The position numbers were made by a program, and so were the translations under genes. Of a DNA stretch of 64,000 nucleotides, positions 11,133 to 27,985 are shown piece by piece. The DNA lies in NCBI GenBank assembly GCA_020137815.1, contig CM035354.1:5146001-5210000 (forward strand). Direction: 5' to 3'. Under the pieces are notes generated by a model that worked only from the letters and a program-made list of their open reading frames with translations, was not told where the DNA came from and did no database searches. Origin of the DNA: Hormiphora californensis. Its lineage: Eukaryota; Animalia; Ctenophora. The number at the start of each line of letters is the position of its first letter. The first letter of the stretch is position 1.

Positions 11133-14100
11133 TTATAGGACAGCCAGGGCGTCCTCAATGTTCGATTGTGCGGTGTATAGTTTAGACAGGACGGCACTTT
11201 CTTGACTCTCGTATGCGCTCCTACTCACTTTGTCAGCCTGGACCTGCAGGGAAAGGGGATGTCAGAGAATCATTCACATTAGGTTTTTGAGAAGGTGATG
11301 AATTTGTATAAATTAGTATTCTAACATACCTTATCGGCCAGAGCAGCGACGGAAGCGATAACACTCTTCCTCTCTCCCTCCCTCCTAGTCAGCTCACTAA
11401 CACGATCTGTCAGGGTAGGAGCAAAGGAAACAATCTTCTTAGAAACACTAGCACACTCTTCAAGGAGCTGCTTGTACAGCACTTCCAGCTCTTTCTTGGA
11501 TGCTTTGAACGCCTTGGCATCCTTGTTATTCCTGGCTCCCTTTAGCAGCTCCACATATTCATCTGATACTGTATTCTTGATCTTGTTGACTAGGTTAAAC
11601 AGCTCCTCGACAAGGTAGGCCACCCTCTGTCTCGCCTCGCTGTCCTCATCCTAGTGGAGAAGGGGAGTTGTTGAGTTGTTGAGATAACAAGTGGTAAAGA
11701 GGGGTTATTCTAATGGAGTAGGAATGGGGGTATTGGTTGGATTCAGGATTGAGACACCGACAGAATATAACAGACGAATTGTGACATATCATAGATTGAC
11801 ACCTACCACAGCGATAGAAAAATCCAGTCGAACAATAATGATGACCAGCACAAAGAAGATGAGGAAAGCATTGACCACCAGAAGGGGTTCCCTGTACAGC
11901 ATCAATGAGTTGAATTTGTAGTAGATCTGGGGAAGAACAAGGTGTTATATAGGATTCGATTGATTTGTGACGTCACAGAGACCTTGGATCGTCATCAACA
12001 ACAAACTGCAGTGTTGTTCACAGCTCAAAACAGGCTTGTGCGCGGCTGTGACACGTAAAGTCTGGCCTGTTTGTGAGATGACAACTTCTACTTTACATGG
12101 TTTTGATGTCTGCGCGCGCAACGTCTAACTCTCCACCAGCCCCCCTCTCAGAGCGAGCTACGTGGACTGACGTAGTGCTACTGCCGGGAGAGAGAGGGGA
12201 CAGAGAGGGTGTAGGGGACCGGAACATACACGTGTGTGTAACAATGTGTTAACCAAATATGACAATGTTATTACAACCACATCACAACAACTTCAAAGCA
12301 TTCTAACCAACTATGAGTGTAATCAATTATTAATTACCTCAATATTTTGGATATGGCTCTCTTCCAGATTCCTGGCTGTAAAGACCAGGACAGGACGTCC
12401 AAAGGTGTCCAGATATGTCTTAACAAGGTCATCTGCTTCTCGTGTGATTTCATAATCAGGGTAGGCCACTTCAAAATCACTGTAAAATGACACAAAATTA
12501 GGGGATGTTTGAATGAGTACCTACACTAGTCGAGTGTCCAACATGGCATTCTTCCACAAAAATAGTTCCCAATATCTAAAAGAAGATAGTTCCCAATTCT
12601 CACCTGCATCCCTCAGGGAGAGTGACCCTCAGCTCCGCTGAATCCACCACCATATTATCATAACTATGGTCCACGAATGGTACTTCCAGTTTGTATTGGT
12701 TTCCATTGCTCCCCAACATCTCATACGATGGGACATTGTACCCAATGTAATATTTGGTATTCCACCCTCCAAAAAGAGGGAACCGAGGCCTGATCTCTAG
12801 CTCGTTAGCATCCTCTGTCTCCCTGGAATCGAGGTAAAATTGAAGCAATGGAAGAATGTAGTAGGCCCTAAGTTGCATTAGAATAGGCTATTATAGAAAA
12901 CACAGTAAAACATTTGATTAGGGCCACAAATGGAACTGTTAATTTACCTCAGGTTGCTAGTAGAGATGTTACCAATATCGTCTCGGTAGTAAACATCTCG
13001 AGAGGAGGCAGGGAGGACAGTTCGGAATGATTTAATAGCCGTGGGAGCACCTAGACAACAACACAGCTGTTAACACATGCCCGGATTATTCGTACCATGT
13101 AATTCTTTCCATGAGATCAATGTTTTGAAGTTTTTGGAGGTAACGTGTGTATTGCGAGGTACTAATGTGCATTTTAAAAACCAGTTGGTTAACCTCCCAA
13201 ATCTTACCAATAGGGTTCCTCTGGAAGTCAAGTCGGGAGAACTGAGACCTCAGTTTGGCCCCTGTATGTGACATCTGATAATGCTCCTCTACTGCCACAT
13301 TACCCCAATGAGACACCTCAATCTCTCGTTTCAGGGATGTGATGGTCAGGAAGGGGGAGTTGTTCTCAAAATGTAGTGTTACTCTGGCGCTAGTTTTACC
13401 AGCAATACTGGAGTAGGGACCATATGAGATAGACTGGCCGTCCTTCTTGCTGGGGCTTCGTGGAGTGAACGATTCAACCTTGGTGGTTCCCAGTTTAAAT
13501 GCTGCGGAAGAGGAAGGGCATTATTTAATCTGTCACACTGTTTAATTTAATCGAACAATATGTATGTGCGTTTACTACGAACTAGGTACATACTAATAAT
13601 TAAGATTTCCTCGCCATGTTACTCTACTCACCAGAAGTCTGCTCGGAGGTATCATATGGGCTGTAAAAGTAAGCATTGGAGTGAACCCTGACCAGCTGAT
13701 TATCTGGCTGGTTGATGGATTTGGGGAAGGGCTCCAACACGTGGGTGAAGGACATCTCGACAGAGAGGGTGGTAGTAGCTCCAGCAGCCAGAGGAGAACC
13801 TAGTGTTGCCTCGTATAGTCTAGAGATGGAAGTGAGTTTAGAGAGGGGGAAGTTAGGGAGAGAATTGTGTGGAGAGTATCCAGCGGAGAATCATAACTAC
13901 AGCAGCGATTGAAATTTTAGGATCTCTCTCACTTACCCATCAGCAACTTTCTTTAGGGGAAGTTTCACTCCGTTTTGAGATACAGAGATGTATGAAAGGT
14001 TATCTACTGAGATACTATCAACTGCAACTTCATAAACAGCTGCTGATCCGGGTCCCGCATTTTCAACCGTCACCTCAGACTTACTCTGAGAATGGGGGAG

Positions 14101-14789
14101 GGTGTGAGAAAGAGATGATACAGATTGTTTTGTTCAGACTGTCTTGTGCGACCTACCACTTCATCACCACCCTCCCACCCCAACCCCGACCCTCTGAAAA
14201 ACCGGGAAGCGCAGTATGAACGGTTGAGGGAGAGAAACGAGAGATATAAAGAAAGAGAAGCAGGCAGCAGGGAGATAGAGAGAGAGGGTGCCAGGCCAGG
14301 GAGATAGAGAAGGAGAAATTGAGTTTAGTAACAGGTGGTCAGATTTGTCGGTATAAAAACCCCCGTGATTCTTGAAACTTGATCCATTCTTGACACAACT
14401 GTGGAAGATGTGTTCTTCTCAAAACGACAAACCACCTCCCTTTGTTCTCTGTCAAAAGCATCGTTCTTTCCAAAACCACAAACTAGTGTTGAATTTCACA
14501 CTTGACTGGCGGCCTACAACAAGCACTTGTCTCATTTCACTAAGCTAACTATAGTTTTGTTTCAAAAGACGTCCCCCTCTCACAAGCACTGATCATTGAT
14601 ATCAACCGGCATGGCACCCCCTACTAGACATGAAAAGGACTCCCCCACACCCACACGGCACACACAACCCCGAATTCTCCTCCTCACCTTGGCGAGCTGA
14701 GTTGTCAGGTCCACTATCCTCTTTACATTTTTATTCACCAGAAGAGAGGATGAGAGTGCCACCAGGCAAAGTAGCAGAACTACTTTCAT
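11133..14789 (-). CDS. RPN1: Ribophorin I, oligosaccharyltransferase subunit (multi-exon)
   Basis: Signal peptide; [87 protein letters not shown]; stop TAA at 11133-11135. Confidence 0.95.
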
Positions 14790-15253
14790 CCTTTACAAAG
14801 AGAGAGGCCGTTAGAGAGGGGATGAATGAAGTTGAGAGAAAGTTGAGAGAAAGAATAGAAAGGTACAGGGTGTTTCAATACATCACAGAATACAAATACA
14901 GAGAAAGTATCTACGGTATCTATGTTGATTGGAACACCCTGTAATTGAGAAATTGAAGAATCTGTTTACACATCAAACAAACTGAAAGACAGTGATTTTG
15001 TCAACGTTTAATTACATTATATCGGTAAAATGAAACACAAAAACTCTAAACGTGTGTCGTGTAGGTATGGTATAGAGATTCTGTAAAACGGTTAGTAAGT
15101 TGTGTAACCAAGCTCTGTACAGGATACCCTTTTTGTGCCGAAAGGGGTGGAATTTTAAAATAAGAGCTCCCAAAACACGTACACATCTTCCCCAGACACA
15201 AACTTCCTAATTGTCCGCCCAATTGTCACATCCAGAATGTATCAGGTCACTTC

Positions 15254-15460
15254 TTAGCTTCCAACAATGATGTTGTTGATGGGGATGTGGATCAGCTTCA
15301 CAAAGAATCCAATGAATCCCATGATGCAAAAACCAACAGCGGTTGCCATGGCGATCTTCTGGAATTCTTTTCGGTCGGGCTTGGTACACCTCTTGACCAG
15401 TCTGCAGGAATCTTTGTAGAACTGCTGGGCAGGCTCGGATAGTCCAAGAATCTGATCCAT
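15254..15460 (-). CDS. SEC61G: Protein transport protein Sec61 gamma subunit
   Basis: 68 aa; [48 protein letters not shown]. Confidence 0.98.
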   Translation of the reverse strand: MDQILGLSEPAQQFYKDSCRLVKRCTKPDRKEFQKIAMATAVGFCIMGFIGFFVKLIHIPINNIIVGS

Positions 15461-15897
15461 GACTTTTAGCTAAGAAAAAAGGTTGAATGTCAGTTTATTT
15501 TGATGTTTCATGGGCACGGTTACAGAGAGTCGATTATGGCAAGTCCCCAAAAATCAACAAAACTATCGGATAACGAAAATATTTACTGTATAACCCGCTA
15601 AAAACATCACGTATGAAACGGTCAAGAGAAGCCTGACAATGTACGATGTCAACACCGAAGTGTGAACTGGGAGAGTGGAGACAAGTGTGCAAAATTTCCG
15701 AAAATTTTGGCGGAAAACGAAAAAAAATGCGAAGTTTTGAAAACATTTTTTGGAATTGAAGCTTGGCCGAACGCGGCGCGTTGGTGAAGGTGAACTTGAA
15801 TTGTAACGCGCGAATAATTTATCAAAGTACACCGCATTTGATTTGGGCGCGTGATCTGCAGCTGCACTGGAAAAAAACATTTGATTCTTTTTTCATA

Positions 15898-16291
15898 GGG
15901 ATAAGGAACCATAATAAAGTTCAAGAGCGCACCCCATCCAAGAGCGTACCACCTCCAAAAGACACCACTCCCAGAGCGCACCACATCAAAGAGAGCTCCC
16001 CATCCAGAAGATACCGCGCGCAGGGGACACCACGCGCAGAAGAGACCGCACGCGCAAATACAACGCCGCGCTGGTCTCTTCTGCGCGTGGTGTCCCCTGC
16101 GCGTGGTATCTTCTGGATGGGGAGCTCTCTTTGATGTGGTGCGCTCTCGAAGTGGTGTCTTCTGGAGGTGGTGCGCTCTTGGATGTGGTCTCTTTTGGGT
16201 GTGGTGCGCTCTCAGGTGTGGTCTCTCTTCGATCGGGTGCGCTCTTTGGTGCTCTTGGAGGCTCTTGAACTTTATTATGGTTCCTTATCCC
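15898..16291. mobile_element. Palindromic MITE, TA-flanked
   Basis: TA|GGGATAAGGAACCATAATAAAGTTCAAGAGC ... GCTCTTGAACTTTATTATGGTTCCTTATCCC|TA; near fully self-complementary. Confidence 0.85.
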
Positions 16292-16794
16292 TAAAAAAGT
16301 TCAGTAGTTACACAGCGTTTAAAGTCGGATTTTTTGAAACTGTCACCCCCCTAGAGTTTTCAAATTTCTTTAAATGACCATAAGTCCGGTTCCTGATGAG
16401 ATAGAGACTTGAAATTTGGAAGTTACGAAGATCTTGCTAAGTTCTTCCGAACCTCCAAATTTCAAGTCTCTATCTTATCAGGAACCGGAGATATGACAAA
16501 TTTTGTTATTTCAGGGGGGTGACAGTTTCAAAAAATCCGAGTATACACAGTCTTTACTCAGTCGTTACACCCAGAGCGCCCGCGCCGCTCTGGGTGTAAC
16601 GACTGCGTCTTTCTCACTCGATTTGCAGCGCTTATGGAAACTTTTTTCGCCGCGGCGCTCAGTTCTCACAATTGAGCAGCACACAATCCAATATTTTCTT
16701 GCAAATAGCACCTGTGCGCAGCACGCGCCGCTCTGGGTGTAACGACTGAGTAACGACTGTGTAAACGCTGTGTAACTACTGAACTTTTTTAGGG
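16289..16794. mobile_element. TIR element (MITE) interrupted by a nested MITE
   Basis: CCCTAAAAAAGTTCAGTAGTTACACAGCGTTTA...CACAGTC at left versus its reverse complement at about 16725-16794. Confidence 0.75.
16322..16543. mobile_element. About 220-bp MITE inserted at TA inside the previous element
   Basis: TIR AAGTCGGATTTTTTGAAACTGTCACCCCC; TA duplication restores the host TIR; second copy at 33624-33846. Confidence 0.9.
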
Positions 16795-17988
16795 ATCCCT
16801 ATTTTTCCGACCTTTTTTTCCGATTTTTCCGCCCAATTTTTAGAGATAGCTTCAGCTGAGCTCACTTAATTCAGTTTTACTAGCTTCTGGTTGCTCTGTA
16901 ATGCTTCATTAGTGATTTTCTTTATTAGATTGTTTCGTAAAAACTAAAAGGACAGTGGGAAAATCGAGAAAACCAACTTGGCACCAGCAAAGCTCTGTTG
17001 GTTTTTCCCTCTGCATGGTCTGCCAACAGGGAATTGAGACTTTAGCACCCTCTGAAAAGTTAAGACAGGGACAGAATTGATTAACAAGTGGTCTGTACAT
17101 TTTACATGGGTCCAGAAAAGATAAAAATAAACGTTTTGGATTTGGAAGTAAGGAGAAGATGTGCAAAAACCTGCAGTTTAAAATGCAATTAGACCTAAGT
17201 TTAATCATCAGTGCTTACTTTGGAGCTGCGAAGTCGTATTCTTTACATGTGTTACCCGATAAGAAGTAAGAACGGTTTGTGTTGGTCCATCACGGCTCAC
17301 AAGTTCACGTATTGAGCTATTCAGAATTCTAAGCGGTGATTATTCAATATAAGTACGTGTCCTACGTTATGTCAATCATTTAAGGGTCTTGAACAGCCCT
17401 TTTGAAACAAAAAGTGATGGATCAGTAAATGATACACACCCAAATTTTTAGGAAAAAGTGCGATTGAATCACTAACATCTGAAATTCCTGTATTATAAGT
17501 CAAATGATAGAAATTTATTGCTACAATTATCTCACAACTTTTACCGATTTTAATTTCCCCGTTAGAACCATGTTGTAATAGCTTAGTTGAGATGTGCCAC
17601 AGGAGGAGTGTGTGATTGTTGGGTGTGGCTCTGTCTGGCAGTGCTCTGCAGAATATGAGAGAACACGCTTCCTTTGCAACAGAGTGAGATATAGACATAT
17701 AATGGGAAAACTCTAGAGAGAAACTACCTCTTGATAGAGAGATAGATGGAGACACACAGATAGAGTGAGGGGAAGAAGCCTCAGAACTTGCTCATGTACA
17801 CCTGCATGTCCTGCAGTACTGGAGCTCAACATGTTATAATTTTTGCTATAATATCTATCTTCTCTCCCTTCTTCTCTCTATCTCTCCCCCCTCTCTCTCT
17901 AACTCTCTCTCTGTCCCTCTTTTTAAATTTCAAAGCTGGAAAATATGTTTTTGTCGACAGCAAACCCATCTCTCTTATCCCCCCTAGG

Positions 17989-18492
17989 ATGAACGTTTCA
18001 AGCCGGGCGTGTTTACGGATTTCAGGAGCAGTATGTACCAGATCATACATTGGTGGCATGTACCCGGGTCTAAGTAAAACGGGTATAAAACGTCCCAAAC
18101 CTGGCCAAGTTCCAAGAATTGACCGGTCTCAGTACCAGGTGTACCTGGAATCTGTGAAACCCTTCACTGGTGATAAGCACGCCACGGTGTCTATCTCTCC
18201 CAAACCAAGTGGATGGACGCCCCCTCCCACCACCATCCCTGACCTTCCCTACTTTCTCTGGAGGACAGTTGACAATGAGACATTACCAGTGGAACATAAA
18301 ACCACTACAGAGGACAATTTGAGGTACACAGAGGTGAGCAGGATTGAGGGGGATCTTCACCAGCTGAGGGCAGATCTGGAGGAATTCCTGGAGGATAAAA
18401 CTGTAACTGCTAATGAGATAACGGGAACTATTACACTTCTTGGCTGGAGGGCATTCGAAATAAAGAAATGGTTACAGTTGAAAGGCTTTTAA
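17989..18492 (+). CDS. MRPL49: Mitochondrial ribosomal protein mL49
   Basis: PSGWTPP..LPYFLWR..LPV..RIEGDL..NEITGTI..KKWLQLKGF; Arg/Ser-rich presequence; acceptor CCCCTAG|G directly before ATG. Confidence 0.9.
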   Translation: MNVSSRACLRISGAVCTRSYIGGMYPGLSKTGIKRPKPGQVPRIDRSQYQVYLESVKPFTGDKHATVSISPKPSGWTPPPTTIPDLPYFLWRTVDNETLPVEHKTTTEDNLRYTEVSRIEGDLHQLRADLEEFLEDKTVTANEITGTITLLGWRAFEIKKWLQLKGF

Positions 18493-18652
18493 AATATAAC
18501 ATTATATGTATTTTATATTTTGCATGCTTTTTATATAAAATTGCCTGTCTCTTAAATCCTTCATATATTGCTCGAAAGGCAATCAAGCTTGGTACAATAT
18601 AACCAGTTAGGCCCTCTCCTTTATAAATGCGAATGGCAGTTCTCACTCCCCT

Positions 18653-23246
<4,594 letters not shown>

Positions 23247-23970
23247 GTCCTAGGACAAATCAGTTGTACAGAATTTGAAAGCTAAATTAGCATCGTCATG
23301 AATTGCAAAGACACACTTGATACTCTAGGGACACGACCACACAAGCTGTCCAGTTACAAAACAACAAAGGGAGAGGGCTCAGGGATAATAAGGAAAGAAA
23401 GGACTAAAAAAGAAGTGACCAGTGGGGAGCTGAGAGGCTGTTGAATCAGAGGTTTACAGTTACCAAATCTCATGTTTCTCCTAAGATCTTAAGATGGAAG
23501 AAGAAACATCACACCACATATTTTTATCGTCCTGTCACGTGCAGTTTCAGCCCACCCCTTATTGGTCCTTCGGTGTTCCTTCTGAGGCGGGTACTTATGG
23601 CAGTCATATGCTCGACCTTTCTGGATTTTTCCTTGTCCCCTGCCCATGCAGATTACACGTCATATAATAACTGGTGGCCTTATGTCATATATTAGGGCAC
23701 TGCAGATAACAGATCCAGTTTTGTCTCTTTCGACCCCCCCCCCCCCCCCCCCCCCCCATAAGCAATGACTAATGACCTACCATTGAGCAACTTTGCACTG
23801 TGTCCCAACCATTATTAAATTGTTCCCTTTTATCCTAAACCCCTTTCTGTATTTTTAGCGGCATGTCTTACCAAAATGACGGTTGAAGGAGGGGAAGTGA
23901 CTCTCCGAAATGGGTAAGAAAATATAGAAACAGAGATGTGGAGAGAGAAGAGAGTAAAGATAGGGATAGT

Positions 23971-24162
23971 AGAGACAATAGAGACAGAGACAGAGACAGA
24001 GACAGAGACAGAGACAGAGACAGAGACAGAGACAGAGACAGAGACAGAGACAATAGAGACAGAGACAGAGACAGAGACAGAGACAGAGACAGAGACAGAG
24101 ACAGAGACAGAGACAGAGACAGAGACAGAGACAGAGACAGAGACAGAGACAGAAAGAGAGAG
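23971..24162. repeat. (GAGACA)n microsatellite
   Basis: Direct reading. Confidence 0.95.
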
Positions 24163-25073
24163 ACATTATTTTGCCAAGCTGTCAGAGCGACACTGGCAAT
24201 TTGAGCTCCAGACTGTTATTATGGTGTGTAAATCTACGTAGCCCACAAAATATTTTTCTTGCATTCACGTACTGAAATTATAAGACAGTAAAATAGCTGG
24301 CAAGATAGAGTCACGCGAATAAATGTAAAATTATATTCAAAGTTCATGAGCCTTTTCTCAGAGAAACCACTAGAACTTTAACCAATACAAGTGAATTAGT
24401 ACCCTCGAACCTCTTACAAAATAAGGCCAAATCAACATGTGATCAGAGAGTTTTACAAAGCGAGAACAGCTCCCCTCACATGCCTCTATTTAGCAAGTCA
24501 ACTTTAATCTGAATGTATGCGGGATATCCGAAATACCTTGCCTCAACTAGTACTAGAGGAATATCTGTAATACAATAGATACGACAATTTTTGACGCCAC
24601 ATGCCTTCAACAAATTAAGCTTCGATAGTGCTTCCCTTTGTCAATCTTTCCATTCGACCAATATCATCTGGAATATGAAAGTGGTGGCCAATTTTAAGAC
24701 AGTTTTAATTTTTCGAGTAATGTCTGATGTATTAAAATTATCATTATCGTTGTCATTATCAAATAATTATCTCCTTCATTTTCAGGGTTAAAAGCCCAGG
24801 AGGGGATGGTAAGAAATTACACCGCCTGTCAATCGACCAGAGTAGTGCACTGTTTCAACTTGACGTTTCCTCGGCCCCCTGGATTGAAATCTCCCCAACT
24901 AATCGGTAAGGATGATTGGTGACGTCATAGTTATCATACCTAGAATGTATGAGCGTGAGAATCTGCATACAGTGTTATCAAATTCCCAGGGAAGGGACGT
25001 CTAATTATACTTTGTCGTTCACCTGTCACCCTTGGCTCGAGAGATCATTCACTTCCTTCAAAATTAGTTCAAC

Positions 25074-26137
25074 ATCTATCAAGTTTTATCATGTAGTGCA
25101 TACATATTTCATATCACTATCAGTAAACACTTCAGCTCAGTCGTTATCAGTTTTGTGTCACCTCACATCTCTCTGTTTAGTTATTCTTCAGTCTTCATGA
25201 CGCTGTAGCTTCGAGAAGTTTCTCTAGTCGAATTCTAGTTTGTTTCTGTCGAACGCGAAGAAGCCATAGTTTTCACGTCTTGATAAAATTATCACACTTT
25301 ATATTGGGGGATAGAAAACGTCATTTTCCGAGCCATCTGAACAGGTCTGGTAAAGCGGCAAATCTGCTGATTGTCAAAGACCACAAACACAAAAAAGAAG
25401 AAAGGAAATATTTAACAAAAGGAATATAAAAGGGAAATAAGACAGAATTAAATATCATCGAATAAAAGCAGCCAACGGTTGTTTTTGAATGAATGTCTGG
25501 GTTGTTTTTTTTATTTATGACTTGCGGCATGTTACAATTACCATCTAATTAAGGGTTATATACTCTTTAATTGGGCAGCCTCAGATGTGGTTAGAAGATA
25601 AAGAGGGGAGAGAAGGGGAGAGAAAGAGAGAGAGAAGGTGAAAGCCGAAAAGAGGGGAAGGAACATGACGAAGGAGGAGAGAGAGATATACAGAGAGAAG
25701 AGAGATATGTATAGAGAACAAACTGGGAACATAAAACCACGAATACGAGAAATTCTGATGAATAAAATAGGGGCATCAAAAACACAGAGATAGAGGAGAG
25801 AGAGAGTGAGAGAGATGGAGAGACCCGAGTGAGAGATGTAAGACGGAGAGAATCCTGCAGGAGGAGAAGACGAGAGAGCAGAGAGAGGGAGAACCGAGGA
25901 GAGCGAAGAGAGATGATCTCGTACGGATCGAGAGTGATTGAGAGCATGGATCGCTCTGGCAGAGAGAGCTCGACCGTGAGCTCCGAGAGGAGAGAGATGG
26001 GAGAGAGAGAGAGTGAGAGAAGAGAGAGAGAGAGAGATTGAGGAGGGAGGATGAGGATGCAGAGAGAGGTATGAGGAGAAGGAGAGAGAGAGAGAAATGA
26101 GAGAGAGGAGAGAGAGATGAGAATGAGAGACGAGACG

Positions 26138-26173
<36 letters not shown>

Positions 26174-26829
26174 AGAGACATTATAATAGGTTGAAGGATA
26201 CCCAAAAGTGACATAATGTTGTACCCAATCTAATCAAACTCCTTCCTCTCTCTAAAGTCGCAGGGGAAGGGGTGATTCAAGTGGGAAGATTTCGAACTTC
26301 CCCACTACCGGTATATTATCTCTACCATTACGTCAAATAAATAGAGGAAGTGGAGAAATTCGGGGGGGGGGGGGGGGGGGGATTCAGAATTGTTCCGATA
26401 TATTTGTGGTGTAAAATGTACAAATTATAAGGAAGAAGGAAGTGAAAACGTAATTTTAAATACATCGATATATAATATGGATAACTCGGATAATCCATGT
26501 TCGCTATCTACTTTCACCCGCTTTCAAAAACACTGAAGTGCATTGTTGTCCGGCGGATAATGCAGTATTCACATTATCAATTATTCATTATCCCCCCAAT
26601 ATAAAGTGTGATAATTTTATCAAGACGTGAAAACTATGGCTTCTTCGCGTTCGACAGAAACAAACTAGAATTCGACTAGAGAAACTTCTCGAAGCTACAG
26701 CGTCATGAAGACTGAAGAATAACTAAACAGAGAGATGTGAGGTGACACAAAACTGATAACGACTGAGCTGAAGTGTTTACTGATAGTGATATGAAATATG
26801 TATGCACTACATGATAAAACTTGATAGAT
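25074..26829. repeat. About 240-bp near-identical inverted duplication (25074-25313 / 26589-26829) abutting the assembly gap
   Basis: ATCTATCAAGTTTTATCATG...ATATTGGGGGATA and its reverse complement ending at the N run. Confidence 0.85.
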
Positions 26830-26929
26830 NNNNNNNNNNNNNNNNNNNNNNNNNNNNNNNNNNNNNNNNNNNNNNNNNNNNNNNNNNNNNNNNNNNNNNN
26901 NNNNNNNNNNNNNNNNNNNNNNNNNNNNN
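26830..26929. other. Assembly gap (100 N)
   Basis: N run. Confidence 1.
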
Positions 26930-27985
26930 GCAGTTCCCCAAATTGAAATCAAACGTTTATTCAGCCCCCCGCATCCTAGAAAGTCTCATTGAATACATCA
27001 TCTCTCTATCTCTCTCTATTTTCTCTCTCTCCTCTATCTTTATTCTTGTAAATCATTGACGTCACAGCTAAACTGTCCCCCCCACCAGAGGACAATAGAT
27101 CACCCATTCTGCAGTCTAACACTATTTCCTGATAGGGTGCACGTACTCACAACTCTAACGCGCGAGGGACTAGGGTAAATGGATTCCCAGGGAGAAGGTG
27201 ATTAACAGGTTGTAATGCGATGATCGGAGCCCATACACTACCTTACACCTGACGACTCTGTCTTGAATCCCACGAAGTGTTATTACTCAGGATAAGATGT
27301 ATGGAATTTCTGCCAGAATTAAAGGGTATATTATATGCAGGACGTAAGCTCAAGTCTTATGCATAGACCGTATTACTTCACACTCTCCCCCTTACGGAAG
27401 TACTTTCTCCATCTCTCTCTGGATGCTCCTCATTGCTCTTGTGAAAATGCTCTAATTACCGTCTAAGATCTATGAATTTCCCTCTATCTCGATACAGGGC
27501 TCTGCTAATGAGAGAAAGAAGCTCAGCTATTCAGAATAATCACACACCCACAACAAGATTTCTCTCCTCTCTCCCCCCCCCTCTCTCTCTCTCTCTCTCT
27601 CCCTCTCTCTCTCTCTCCCTCTCTCTCTCTCTCTCTCATTTTTTATCCCTTGCTGACTCTCTATCATTTGCTCTATCTTACTGCTGTACCTACTATCACT
27701 ACCCTTAGTAACTCTTTACTTGCTTTTATTCTGCTCTCTGCTTGGTAATTCTCAGTATCTCACTATCTCACTATCTCTGTAGCTGTCTGCTGTCCCGCTC
27801 TTCCTGTCACCTTTTCCGGATATTCCATTTGTTAAAAACTAAAATGTGATTACTATGATGGCCCCATCATCAGGAGATGATTCACTGCTTTAACTTCTTT
27901 CCTCCCCTGTTTTGAGTCCTCCCCGCGCTAACATTCCTCCCCTGTTTTGAGTCCTCCCCGCACTAACATTCCTCCCCTGCTGTAG

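Noticed and set aside
17788-17988. N-terminal extension of MRPL49 in the ORF track
   Set aside because: Runs through a CT-rich tract upstream of the acceptor; ATG 17989 gives a proper presequence
25074-26929. Biological inverted-repeat element around an AG-rich core
   Set aside because: One arm ends exactly at the gap, the 25600-26200 interior looks like noisy low-quality sequence, and RhoGAP 5' exons are missing; a local misassembly is likely
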